Positions 1 to 10,588 of a stretch of 40,000 bases of DNA are shown here, piece by piece. How positions within the stretch are numbered: position 1 is the first letter of the stretch; the number at the start of each line of letters is the position of its first letter. The stretch spans positions 38,166-78,165 of the forward strand of contig CAZXUQ010000003.1 of assembly GCA_964644075.1 (NCBI GenBank), in the 5' to 3' direction. The stretch comes from an uncultured Candidatus Peribacteria bacterium. Its GTDB lineage: Bacteria; Patescibacteriota; Gracilibacteria; BD1-5; UBA2023. The translations under genes and the position numbers were made by a program. A model generated the notes under the pieces. The model did no database searches. It had not been told where the DNA came from and was given only the letters and a program-made list of their open reading frames with translations.

Positions 1-454
1 TCGAGAGGATATTCCTGTAAGAGATGCGGAGTGTGAGGTAGAGCGAGGCAAAAAATCCTACGAGGAGCGCGAGAAATGCGCTCGATGTCCCGAGAAGTCG
101 AGAGAGTTCTCCATAGAGAGCAAATGTTGCCCTGTAGGTAGCATCGTACCAACTTACGAGAGATGTCAGTGATATATAGAAAAGAATAATCCCGATAAAT
201 CGAGATATTCCCCAGCTTGCTTTCTTCACGAGGATCATACTCCCGAGAATGACGAGGATCGGTGCTGAGATATAGCGGTAATACTCACCGAAAAAAAGCA
301 CTCCGATACTGCGCAGTACTCCTCCGACGAGTGATGACTCTGTCGTCGAGAGAAACATGAGGGCTCCTAGGGTTATGAGGATGCCTCAGGCGAGGATATT
401 TTGGAGTTCGTATGTGAGAAATGGATTTTTGGTATGGGATTTCTTTCTTGCCAT
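1..454 (-). CDS. FtsK/SpoIIIE-like DNA translocase, N-terminal membrane domain (partial; the 3' part lies beyond the window start)
   Basis: ATG at 454-452. Translation MARKKSHTKNPFLTYELQNILAGGILITLGALMF... has a basic N-terminus followed by several hydrophobic helices, as in FtsK/SpoIIIE N-termini. The frame stays open to position 1 with one in-frame TGA read as Gly. Confidence 0.45.
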
Positions 455-583
455 GGGCGTATTATAGGGAAAGAGGACTTGATTGCAAGACGAAAGACAT
501 GCCCAAAAAGTTGGCTTTATGCTATTGTTTTTTTCTTGCCTTCTTCTTCTTTTTCACTATATTTGGTGAGTTAACTTTTTCTT

Positions 584-1102
584 ATGCTCAAACTCATCGA
601 AACTCTCCGTGCAAAACCCTCTGATCGTAATATTCGCATCATTCGCATCGTATTTGCTCTTATACTCCTAGGAGTACTTTACTTTGGCTTTCCAAAGACA
701 TCTTTTGAATATAGTGCTATCCCAAAGGAAGTACTCTATGCTCTCTACATTTTCCCAATTATCGGACTCGTGCGAGGGATCCTCGACCCAGGTATCATGC
801 GTCGAAAGCTCTGGAAGTGGACACAAGTTGGGCTCGGTGTCGCTATGATGGTGATAGCATTTTTCTTCATAGAGACTGATACGAGCACGCGTACCGATAG
901 CGTTCCATCATCAGCTTCAGGATGACTCTCTGCGACAGAGATCGTGAACCGAAATATGCCTACTCCTGGAGGAGTCGATACAGACTTTTGGGTCGGATTT
1001 CTCGGCTTCTGGCTCGCGATCAGTGGATTGATCTTCGCAAGTAAAAATATCACGACCAAAAATGAACGATACGGTGAAAAGGTCACAAAGATCCGTGTTT
1101 AA
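584..1102 (+). CDS. Small integral membrane protein with a DUF2892/YgaP-like motif (SDRNIRIIRIVFALILLG)
   Basis: The track ORF 584-925 continues through one TGA (923-925) to TAA at 1100-1102. It has several hydrophobic helices and is followed by a hairpin terminator. Confidence 0.65.
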
Positions 1103-1129
1103 TCATATTTTATAAACATACTTCTTTTT

Positions 1130-1154
1130 GAGCAGATTTTTCTGCTCATTTTTT
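1130..1154 (+). terminator. Rho-independent terminator after the 584-1102 gene
   Basis: Stem GAGCAG (1130-1135) pairs with CTGCTC (1142-1147) around a 6-nt loop. The stem is followed by ATTTTTT. Confidence 0.6.
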
Positions 1155-1181
1155 GACTTATTTTCTCGGAAGTGCTACTAT
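1153..1181 (+). promoter_or_regulatory. Sigma70-like promoter TTGACT-N17-TACTAT with no ORF downstream
   Basis: TTGACT at 1153-1158 and TACTAT at 1176-1181, separated by a 17-nt spacer. Confidence 0.4.
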
Positions 1182-1187
1182 ACCTAT

Positions 1188-1480
1188 GTCTACTTCATGG
1201 ATAGGTGACTTCATACACCACCATCGAGAATATGGTCGCTTAAACCGATCGATATCCTCGATCCAATACAAATACACATACAGGCGCCAACGCCTCAAAC
1301 TATACAAATCGTTCACACCATAAAGGTGGAACATCCAATACAAAAGCTGGTCATACTTTCCAAACAGACCGAAGTGCAGTAGACCAAAGATTTTCTCAAC
1401 ATGAAGATAAGAGAAAATAAAAAATCCCCCTCTCGGCTTTCTAATTTATTATATAGCCAAATATGAGAGAGGGATTTTAT
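1188..1480 (+). ncRNA. Candidate non-coding transcript of about 290 nt, class unknown
   Basis: The region is bounded by the promoter at 1153-1181 and a long hairpin with a T-run at 1421-1482. No plus-strand ORF survives even with TGA read through. The minus-strand ORFs here are Cys/Trp-rich and unconvincing. Confidence 0.25.
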
Positions 1481-1482
1481 TT
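1421..1482. terminator. Long imperfect hairpin flanked by A/T runs (possible bidirectional terminator)
   Basis: AAAATCCCCCTCTCGGCT (1421-1438) pairs with AGCC..GAGAGAGGGATTTT (1455-1478) with one mismatch and one internal loop. T-runs follow the stem on both strands. Confidence 0.45.
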
Positions 1483-1528
1483 GGGATAGTACAGAGAAGC
1501 CATTACAACATATGCGCAATCGATTTAC

Positions 1529-1558
1529 TTGACATAATATTTTATTAAATTAATATAT
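1529..1558 (+). promoter_or_regulatory. Promoter-like TTGACA plus an AT-rich -10 region just upstream of the ATG at 1564 (near-leaderless)
   Basis: TTGACA at 1529-1534. AATATA/ATATAT/TATATT candidates lie 17-19 nt downstream. Confidence 0.35.
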
Positions 1559-1563
1559 TATTT

Positions 1564-2310
1564 ATGCAATCATCAGCAAAAGAACTAAAAGAACTCATAG
1601 CGTCCTTCCCTAGAAACGAAACACGAATATGCCCAGGAGCTGATCTGACTGTTAGAAAGGTTGAACGCTTTGCACTAGAAACGCTCGTCGTGTCTGATTT
1701 TTTTAATAGACATATGCAAGTTTATGAAAAAAGCCTCTTAGGGTATTTCAGCGATAGAAAAAACCATTTTGATAAAAGAAAAGTCCAGTTTTCCTCTTAT
1801 ACGGACTTACGAGACTACATGCAAAAACAAGAGCAGACATTCGTTGGAGCTTGATGGGAGAACTTCTTGTCTTGAGTAATTTACTTTGATGAGTCGCTAC
1901 TGAACGAATCAAAAGAATCTCAAGAAATATTGAAAAATATCAAAGCTTGATTTCAAACAATGGTGCTAGAGACAACGAAAGTATTTTTAGAGTCAATTGA
2001 TCCAAACCTTTGAATTATAGGAAATAGAGATGCCCTAGTAATACGTATAGTTCAAGTCCTTTGAAGACTTGCTTCTATGGAACTTACACAAATGACTGCT
2101 GTGAAAAGTAGGCTCTCATGAAGGCTTCTAGATACACCACTCGATAAAATAACTCAAGAATGAGAGAGTCATGAACATAAAGAAAAGAGAGTTGGTTGCC
2201 CAGCTCTTTACGCTCATTTTTTCAGAAAAATTATTGAATTGTATTTGAAGTTATACCTATTTCCCGTTTTTGATATGTACTCAAGGAGATTATCCCCCAA
2301 ACTTAAATAG
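1564..2310 (+). CDS. Hypothetical protein (248 aa)
   Basis: The frame-1 ORF from ATG 1564 runs to TAG 2308-2310 and is interrupted only by 7 TGA codons. There is no TAA or TAG over 744 nt of AT-rich sequence. I recognised no family. Confidence 0.6.
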
Positions 2311-3378
2311 CATCACATCCCCATCCGTCACGATATACTCCTTCCCTTCCATACGGACTTTTCCCTTTTCTCGTGCTCATGCCCATCCTCCGAACTCGAT
2401 GAGGTCACGGTAGTTCACGGTTTCTGCTTTGATAAATTTTTTCTCGAAGTCTGTATGGATGACTCCTGCTGCCTGTGGAGCTGTCCACCCCTTGCCTATC
2501 GTCCACGCTCGCACCTCGATTTCTCAGGCTGTGAAGTAGTACTGGAGCCTGAGGAGGTCATAGCAGGTACGGATGATCTGATCCATGGGATTGAAATCAA
2601 TTCCCATGTCAGCGAGAAACATTTTTTTCTCCTCCTCGCTGAACTCGAGCATATCCATCTCTATCTTAGCACTCACGGGGAGGACAGGGATCTGAGTATC
2701 ACTGATGCCTGTGATGGTTCGGAGTTCACTTTCGGGAGTATTCACGCGGTCTTCTGTGACGTTTACTGCGTAGATAAATGGCTTTGCCGTCAGAAGATGG
2801 AGGTCAGAGATTGCCTTTTTCTCATCGTCTGAGAGCTCCATGAGAGAGGCGATCTTCCCACTTTCGAGATGAGCCTTGAGGCGGATATAGACATCTTCGA
2901 ACATTTTTGCTTCCTTGTCTCCAGCGCGGACTTTTTTTGTATTGTCTGTGATACGCTTATCGAGTGTCTCGAGATCAGCGAGGATGAGCTCGGTATTGAT
3001 CACTTCGATATCACGTTTTGGGTCGATAGAGCCACTCACATGGTGGACATTGGAGTCGTCGAACGCTCTCACGACCTGGAGGACGGCATCGACATTTCGT
3101 ATATGAGAGAGAAATTTGTTCCCAAGTCCTTCTCCCTTGCTTGCTCACTCGACGAGACCTGCGATATCGACGAACTCGACTGTTGCTGGTACAGTCTTAG
3201 CTCCATTAACGACTTTACGTATTGCTTCGAGACGTTCATCATTGACACTCACGATACCGACATTGGGCTCTATGGTACAAAATGGAAAATTGGCAGCCTC
3301 AGCAGCATAGGATTTAGTCAAGGCATTAAAAAGCGTCGATTTCCCGACGTTTGGAAGTCATACGATACCGATTTGCAT
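2290..3378 (-). CDS. ychF: Ribosome-binding ATPase YchF (Obg-like GTPase family)
   Basis: N-terminus [21 protein letters not shown]... with FCTIEPNVG and [19 protein letters not shown] motifs, and C-terminus [20 protein letters not shown]. There are 4 in-frame TGA codons, one in the Walker A glycine (3358-3360). The gene ends with TAA at 2290-2292. Confidence 0.95.
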
Positions 3379-3412
3379 AGAGAAACAAGGAAATTAGAGA
3401 GATAGGAACGTA

Positions 3413-3658
3413 CTAGAAATCTATTTTTTCTACGGGTATATTTCTGGATTTTTTGGCTGGAGTATAGTCAGTGAGGATCTTGTATCCACCAAATATCGCG
3501 ATGAGGAGGATCACGACGAGGTATATCCGCAGGACGACAGAGAGATACTTCGAGTACTGCTTAAAGTTCCCGATGTGCATGACGACGATCGCGATAAATG
3601 CGAAGAGAACGATGATAACCAAGAGGTATATCCCGAAGAGGAGTGTGCTTGTACTCAT
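3413..3658 (-). CDS. Small membrane protein (81 aa, two hydrophobic helices)
   Basis: Intact track ORF MSTSTLLFGIYLLVIIVLFAFIAIVV... with a TAG stop. Confidence 0.55.
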   Translation of the reverse strand: MSTSTLLFGIYLLVIIVLFAFIAIVVMHIGNFKQYSKYLSVVLRIYLVVILLIAIFGGYKILTDYTPAKKSRNIPVEKIDF

Positions 3659-3739
3659 AGGAAAAAATACTTTCTTACCATATCCATTTTTTCTCGAAAT
3701 ACAAGAAGCAAAAAGAAAATCCCCGAGAAGGGGATTATT

Positions 3740-4672
3740 TTAGAGACCAGTGAGTGCAACGAGATCTTCTTCTTTTTGGAGAGCCTCTTTGACTTTTGCG
3801 AGACTTGGTTCGCGTTCTCTATTTTCCTGGGTGAGGAGCGAGAGTGTCGCATCTGGAGTTTCGCTTGTTTCCTGTGGTTCCATTTTTTTTGTTTTTGGTT
3901 CGAGCTCTGCTTCGAGGAGAGAACGGAGGTGGAGTGCATGTTCTTTTTCAGCATCGATGGCATCGATCGCATTGTATCCTTCTTTTTTGAGTTCTGCAAA
4001 GCGTGCTTCTTCTTTTTCGTATCATTGTGTTTCCTCGACTTTTGCATCGTGACGTTTTTCGATAGTTGCGATCATCGTATCGATGTCAGTGAGTGACTTC
4101 TTGATAAATGAAGCTGGGTCCACAGGTGAGTTCGCTGTAGCGACGACTGTTTCTGTCTGAGCAAAGAGAGGAGATTCTACGAGAGGAGTATCGATAATGA
4201 CTGGAGTTTCTGCTGTCTCAAGGTGCTCAAAAAGACTAATAGACTCTGTACTTGGTGCTGGACTGACAGCGAGAGGAGTTTCTTCTTCTTTCGTTTCTGT
4301 CATCATGAGAGGAGTACTCGTCGTTTCTGCCTCCTGAGTAACACTATCTTCCATAGGACTCATGGGAGTACTCGTTGGCTCCATAGCTGCAGTACTGATA
4401 ATGAGAGAACTTCCTGCTTCTTCTGCATGGATAAGTGGTTCTAGAGAGCCCTCATTTTGCTTCTCGATCGCGAGATCCTCTGTCTCCTGACCAAAAATCG
4501 TTGTTTCTGCGCTTTTTTCGATTGTGATAGGAGTCGAACTCGCCATAACAATAGGTGTAGAACTATCATCCTGAGATGATTGTCCACTTCCCTGTCATGA
4601 AGAAGTTGCTTCAGTGAGTGGATCAGTAGCTGGTGCTACAGGTTTTTTAAGGATATCGTCAAAGAGTCACAT
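3740..4672 (-). CDS. Acidic low-complexity protein (310 aa) with a C-terminal coiled-coil-like region
   Basis: ATG 4672-4670 (MGLFDDILKKP...). The track ORF 4022-4546 extends in both directions through 3 TGA codons to TAA at 3740-3742. A T/E/S/P-rich centre is followed by a K/E-rich tail. Confidence 0.6.
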
Positions 4673-4788
4673 AAAAGAGAAATTATAAAGTAACAGAAAT
4701 ACTCTAGCACTCTTTTCCTCTGAAAGCAAATTTTGGATGTTTTTTCTTTTCGACTGGCAAAAACTCTCTTTTTCGATACACTTTCGCC

Positions 4789-7700
4789 ATGTCATTTGTC
4801 CACCTCCATACTCATACACACTATACATTCCAGCGAGCACTTGGAGATCCAGAGAAGCTTGCCAAGCGAGCAAAAGAGCTTGGCCAAAGTGCTATTGCCA
4901 TCACTGATAGTGGGAATATGTACGGTGCTTTTGAGTTCTATGAGGCATGCAAAAAAGAAGGGATCAAGCCTATCATCGGAGTGGAGTTTACTATCTCGAA
5001 AAAATGAAGAGACAACAGAGAGAAGGATAATGAGCTCTATGAGATCGTCCTCCTTGCCAAGAACCTCAGCGGATACCAAAACCTCATCAATCTCGTAACA
5101 AGATCTCAGATCGAAGGATATGTTTCTGGTCGTCCAAGGATTGATTTTTCTCTTCTCGAGGAGTATCATAGTGATCTGATCGCTCTCTCAGGTTCCCTCT
5201 ATGGAGAAATCCCTCAGATGATATCGACGGGGCGCGACGAGGCTCGTATCTGCGAACGTATCGACTATTATAGAAATCTTTTTGGGAAGGAGAATTATTT
5301 TCTCGAGATCGAGGAGCATCCAGATAAGCCCCTCCAAGGAAATATCAATAATACTCTCGTCTCACTCTCAAAAAAATATGGCTATGAGATCGTCGGAACC
5401 AATAATGCCTCCTACGTCACTCTCGATGATGCGAGCGTCCAGGATATCATGATGAGTGTATCTCTCGGGCGTGCTCTCGATGATCCAGATCGTCCGACTC
5501 TCATGAATGGGGATTACTCTATCCGTCCATCACGTGAGATGGAAGAGCTCCTCGTCTACGCTCCTCAGGCGTATGAAAATACCGAGAAAATCGCAAATAT
5601 GATCGATCTCGAACTCGATGTATGAGGCTACAAGATCCCAAAATTTCCCCTCTCAGAGGAGGAACGAGAGGAATATACAAAATTCACTCATGCCTCAACC
5701 TGAGGAAAATCGAATCGAGAGAAACTTTCTGAGGAGGAGTGGTTTCTGCGAAAACTCTGTATCGATGGACTCTCATACCGATACGGATTCCAGCTCGATG
5801 ATGTGATAAAAAATGTATTCATCGAAAAAATCATCTCTCCAAAGAGTGAGAAAAAACTTTCCGAAATGAGTATCGAAGAACTCCAGAAACTCTCACAAAG
5901 TCACTATACTGATGAGAAAAAATCAGTTATCGCGAAGATGAGCGATAGAGAAAAATCCATCATTTCTCGTCTCGAATATGAGCTCCTCGTCGTCGATCTC
6001 ATGGGGTTCAATGGTTATTTTTGTATCGTAGCTGATTTTATCCAATATGGAAAGAAGAATGGAGTACCAGTTGGTCCAGGTCGTGGATCAGCTGCAGGAG
6101 CTATACTTGCTTATCTCTCAGGGATTACTGATATCGACCCACTCCGCTATGGACTCCTCTTCGAGAGATTTCTGAACCCTTCACGTGTGACGATGCCAGA
6201 TATCGACGTAGACTTTTCTGATGAGGGTCGTGAAAAGGTACTCACCTATGTACGAGAGAAATATGGAAACGATCATGTGGCACAAGTATGTACATTTGGA
6301 ACGCTGGCAGCTCGGGCGGCAGTGAAGGATGCGGGGCGAGCATTTGGTATTCCATTTGCTGAGATGAATGATTTTGCCAAGCTCATCCCAGGACGCCCTG
6401 GAACGACTCTCTCTCAGGCGCTCGAGGAAGCAGTCGAGTTCAAGGCGGCATATGAAAAAGACGAAAAATATCGAAAAATCGTCGATACTGCGCTCAAGAT
6501 GGAGTGATCTGTGAGACAGCTCTGAGTCCATGCCTGTGCGGTGATCATCGCACCTGAGCCGATGACGCATTTTTGTCCACTCCAACCACCTCCGAAGGAT
6601 CCTACATCCATCGTGACGCAGTTTTCTGCATGACCACTGGAGGCACTCGGTCTTCTCAAGATGGACTTTCTCTGATTGCGTAACCTCTCTATCCTGGATC
6701 GAGCAAAAAAAATCGTCGAAGAAGTGCACAAAAAAAATATAGACCTCCTCCAGATAGACTATGAGGATCCAAAGGTGCTTGCGCTTTTTGGACTTGGAGA
6801 TATGACAGGAGTATTTCAGTTCGAGTCGGATGGGATGCGTCGATATTTGAAGGAATTGAAGCCATCTTCATTTGAAGACTTGATCGCGATGGTATCGCTC
6901 TATCGCCCAGGTCCTATGGGATATATTCCTGATTTTATCGATCGTAAATTTGGTCGCAAAAAAGTCGATTATCCGCATCCATCTCTCGAGGAAATCCTCA
7001 AACCTACCTATGGTATCGCGGTCTATCAGGAACAAATCATGCAGCTCGTACAGGCGTTTGCAGGATTTTCTCTCGGTGAGGCGGATATCCTCCGTCGTGC
7101 TATCGGTAAGAAAAAATACGAGCTCCTCATGGAACAGCGATGAAAATTTGTCGATGCTGCCGTGAAACAATGACACAAGGAAGAGCTCGCAATCTATATC
7201 TTTGATGAGATTATCGAGCCATTTGCAGGCTATGGGTTCAACAAATCTCACGCTGCCTGCTATGCGATGATCGCCTACCAGACGGCCTACATGAAGACCT
7301 ACTATCCTACGGAATTCATGGTCGCGATGATGACCTCTGATGAGGAGGACACTGATCGTATCCGACTCGAGATCGAGGAAGCGCGTGAAAAATCGATCAA
7401 AATCCTCCCGCCGAGCGTGAGTGAGTCGCGTAAACACTTTACCTATATCGATGATCATACGATCCGATTTGGGCTCGCAGCGATCAAAGGTCTCGGTGAG
7501 TGACCAGTCGATACGATCCTCTCTGCTCGTGAAAATGGTGGGAAATTTCAGTCTCTCTATGATTTTATCGAGCGGACAGGAAGTGATGTGATCAATAAAA
7601 AATCCCTCGAATCCCTCATCCTCTCTGGAGCTCTCGATGAATTTGGTGAACGTGCAAGCCTTCTTTGATCTATAATAAAAATGAGTGCATATGAGAAGGA

Positions 7701-8697
7701 ACTCGCAAACAAAAAGGAAACGTCTCAGATGGGACTTTTTGATATGGGATGAGGAATTGACCAATGAAGCGTACATTTTTCTCTCGAACATGCCGAGCCA
7801 CAGTCTTTTGAAGATCGTATGAAGTGAGAAAAGGAGACGATCGGATACCCAGTTTCAGGGCATCCACTCGATGGCATCGAGGAGTATATCCGTACCAAGT
7901 CAAAAAATCTCTCTGCTGCTCTCGAACTCATGCGCTCAGATGACATCGATGAGGAAGTAGTCGTAGTAGACCAGCTTCCGTCACTCGAAGAAAAACCTGT
8001 ACCACTCTCTGCGGATGAACCACCGATCGAGTCCTATAGTGCTGACGAATGAGCATCACTCGAGGGTACCGAGGAAATAAACAACACCCCTCCCATCGAG
8101 GAAAAAGAAGAAATAGAAGAGACAGTATTTGCCCAGCTCATCGGTGTGATCAGCGAGGTGAGAAAAATGCAGACAAAATCCTGAAGCATGATGGCAGTTG
8201 CGACTGTCGAAAGTGTCGGTTTCGTCTTCCGTATCGTGATTTTCCCAAAGGAGTATGAAAAGTATGAATCGAAACTCGAAGAGGATATGATCGTCGTCGC
8301 CAATGGTCGAGTCCGCTATGATCGAGAAAAATGAGAGCTCTCACTCTTCCCTTCTACTCCATTTGGGAAGAAAAAAGTCATCGATGAAGCAGGAAGTGTA
8401 AAGTGTTTCTCGATCTCAGTATTTCGTGATATGGCGAGAGGGAGCTTACAGATGACAGATGAGAGACGAGAGGCTGGAACATGAGAAAAGCCAAATACCC
8501 AAACCACCAAATATACGATCGATATCCCAGCATTCTGGACCAAGGAAGACCTCCTCGATCTCAGAGACTATCTCGAGAAGTCAGAAGTCGGACTCACGCC
8601 AGTATGGATCCGTATCCATGGACTCGAGAAGGATACGAAATTTTCTATTGCCTCGGTCACGGAACTCGAAAAATGGCTGGAGACAAAATGAGTATAA
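4789..8697 (+). CDS. dnaE: DNA polymerase III alpha subunit
   Basis: Track ORFs starting at 4789, 5218, 5803, 6676 and 7267 are all in frame 1 and are separated only by TGA. I read the frame by hand through to TAA at 8695-8697. The product is 1302 aa with 19 in-frame TGA codons. Motifs: PHP start MSFVHLHTHTHYT, GPGRGSAAG, PDIDVDF, KMDFLGLRNL, FNKSHAACYA. Confidence 0.97.
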
Positions 8698-8738
8698 AAA
8701 TTATTTTACATAAAAGTCAATAATTCCAAATTTTCTTT

Positions 8739-8766
8739 TTGACTTCCGAAAGTTTCTCTCTATACT
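8739..8766 (+). promoter_or_regulatory. Strong sigma70-like promoter TTGACT-N16-TATACT
   Basis: TTGACT at 8739-8744 and TATACT at 8761-8766. It lies about 300 nt upstream of the helicase start. Confidence 0.5.
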
Positions 8767-9066
8767 GCCCTTACAAATTTCTTTTCCCGAGGAGCTTATA
8801 TCTCTCTATATACCGCTTCTCCCCTATTAGAAGCGAGTCACGTGCACGAAGTAGAGTGCGCAACCATAGGTCCATGAGACCGATGCTATCGATTTGTTTT
8901 TATATTACAAAAGGAATTTTATAAGAAGAAGACTTCTCGTCGTTTGCCAAAAACACAGACAAACTCTGTCGAAATGACAAAACCAGAATACCTTTCTTAG
9001 ACTTTATTTTGGAGTAGTCTCGTTTTCTTGATGAGCAACTATCTCCTGTTACCTATTCATTCTTTT

Positions 9067-10560
9067 ATGTCTTTTTCGACACTTTCTCTTCGCCCAGAGA
9101 TCCTCCAGGCGCTTACCGACCTGGGATATCATACCCCCACTGATGTCCAATCAAAGGTCATTCCCCTCGCCATCGAGGGAAAAAACCTCATCGTCCAGTC
9201 CCAGACTGGAAGTGGGAAAACGGCAGCATTTTGTATCCCAGCGCTCAATACAATCGACTCTCATAAGCGACTCCCTCAAGTCCTGATCCTCGAGCCGACT
9301 CGCGAGCTTGCCTGTCAGACTCGTGATGAGATATTCAATCTCTCTCGTCACATGCGTATGGGATCGCTTGCGGTGTTCGGAGGTTCTCCGATCTGGAAGC
9401 AAAAAGAAGGACTCAAAGCTGGTCCCCAGGTCATCATCGCAACTCCAGGACGTCTTATCGACCTCCTCGAACGTGGATGGATCTCTCTCGATGCTGTCAC
9501 GACACTCGTCCTCGATGAGGTGGATCAGATGATGGATATGGGATTTGCTCCGGCAGTGACGGAGATCTGGGAAGGTCTCAAAAATCTCAAACAAGTCCTC
9601 ACTTTCTCTGCGACCTATACTCCTGTCATCACTCGCCTCCTCGATACCCATATCCGTGGAGAAAAAGAGTCTCTTATCCTTTCGACAACTCCAACCGTCG
9701 ACACGATCGATCATGTATTTATGCGTGTCGGTGTCCGTGACAAATATCCAGTTCTCAAGCGTGTCCTCGAGCGTTTTCCTGAGGATAAAGTAATGATATT
9801 TACTGCGAAAAAACACGAAACAGAAGAACTCGAACGATACCTCTATCGTGATGGATTCCAGGCTGCCTATATCCATGGTGATATGCAGCAGCGTGATCGT
9901 ATGCGAGCCCTTCGCGACTACAAGGAAGGAAAGGTTCGTATATTTATCGGTACAGACGTCGCGAGTCGAGGACTCAATATGAATAATATCGATCTCGTCG
10001 TAAACTACCACGTCCCACACGATCCAGAGAGCTATATCCATCGTATCGGCCGTACTGGTCGAGCGGGAGCATCTGGTCATGCGATCATGTTCGTCTCGAC
10101 AGAGGAGATGCGACCATTCCAGCGTATCGAGCGTATGCATCGTATCGAGATCAAGGAAGTCGATATCGAAGGGACAGAAATCCCTCGTGTGAAAGAATCT
10201 CGCTCATACGGAGGAGGTGGAGGTGGCGGACGCTCGCGTGGTGGATACCACGGAGGTGGTCGCTCAGGTGGAGGATATCGAGGCGGATCGGGTGGATATC
10301 GTGGTGGTAGTCGTGAGGGTGGTGAACGTCGTGAAGGAGGATACTCATCACGTCCATCTGAGGGTGGACGATCTAGTGGTGGATACTCTCGTCCATCTCG
10401 CGAAGGCAGTGAACGTCGCGAAGGTGGTGGATACCGTGGTGACAGTGGTCGCTCACGCTCAGGTCCTCCTCGCGAATATCGCGGACGATCTGGGGGGAGT
10501 CAGTCCAGTGGATATCGAGGATATCGTGACCGTGGTGACTCTCCTCGTGGAGAAGCATAA
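9067..10560 (+). CDS. DEAD-box ATP-dependent RNA helicase with a C-terminal Arg/Gly/Ser-rich (RGG-like) tail of about 120 aa
   Basis: Motifs seen: Q-motif region, GSGKTAAF, PTRELA, DEVD, SAT, HRIGRTGRAG. The tail reads SRSYGGGGGGGRSRGGYHGGGRSGGGYRGGSGGYRGG... The preferred start is ATG 9067; the track starts at TTG 9028. There is no in-frame TGA. Confidence 0.9.
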   Translation: MSFSTLSLRPEILQALTDLGYHTPTDVQSKVIPLAIEGKNLIVQSQTGSGKTAAFCIPALNTIDSHKRLPQVLILEPTRELACQTRDEIFNLSRHMRMGSLAVFGGSPIWKQKEGLKAGPQVIIATPGRLIDLLERGWISLDAVTTLVLDEVDQMMDMGFAPAVTEIWEGLKNLKQVLTFSATYTPVITRLLDTHIRGEKESLILSTTPTVDTIDHVFMRVGVRDKYPVLKRVLERFPEDKVMIFTAKKHETEELERYLYRDGFQAAYIHGDMQQRDRMRALRDYKEGKVRIFIGTDVASRGLNMNNIDLVVNYHVPHDPESYIHRIGRTGRAGASGHAIMFVSTEEMRPFQRIERMHRIEIKEVDIEGTEIPRVKESRSYGGGGGGGRSRGGYHGGGRSGGGYRGGSGGYRGGSREGGERREGGYSSRPSEGGRSSGGYSRPSREGSERREGGGYRGDSGRSRSGPPREYRGRSGGSQSSGYRGYRDRGDSPRGEA

Positions 10561-10561
10561 T

Positions 10562-10588
10562 AAAAGAGGCGAAAGCCTCTTTTATTTT
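10562..10588. terminator. Bidirectional rho-independent terminator between the convergent helicase and glycosyltransferase genes
   Basis: AAAAGAGGC-GAAA-GCCTCTTTT is a perfect 9-bp stem with a GAAA loop, flanked by A-runs and T-runs. It overlaps the GT stop codon. Confidence 0.8.

Noticed and set aside
1188-1480. Identity as RNase P RNA, tmRNA, SRP RNA, 6S RNA or a T-box leader
   Set aside because: I could not find the GGAAAGUCCGG/ACAGAAnCCGGCUUA P4 pair. The tRNA-like GGUUCGA...CCACCA end, the GGAAGCAGCC SRP motif and an antiterminator adjacent to the weak GGTGGAAC match were also absent. The class is left unassigned.
1158-1519. Minus-strand ORFs 1158-1343 and 1313-1519
   Set aside because: Their Cys/Trp/Tyr-rich sequence is implausible and has no motifs. 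The region is better explained as non-coding, with a promoter plus a terminator hairpin.
3575-4096. Plus-strand ORFs 3575-4096 and 3750-4052, and minus-strand ORF 3655-4047
   Set aside because: They are antisense or off-frame relative to the acidic protein gene (3740-4672), whose frame continues through a TGA from track ORF 4022-4546.
6868-7791. 307-aa minus-strand ORF
   Set aside because: It is antisense to the well-supported dnaE frame, has no recognisable motifs and has a composition typical of a shadow ORF.
9151-10140. 329-aa minus-strand ORF
   Set aside because: It is antisense to the DEAD-box helicase and is a shadow ORF.
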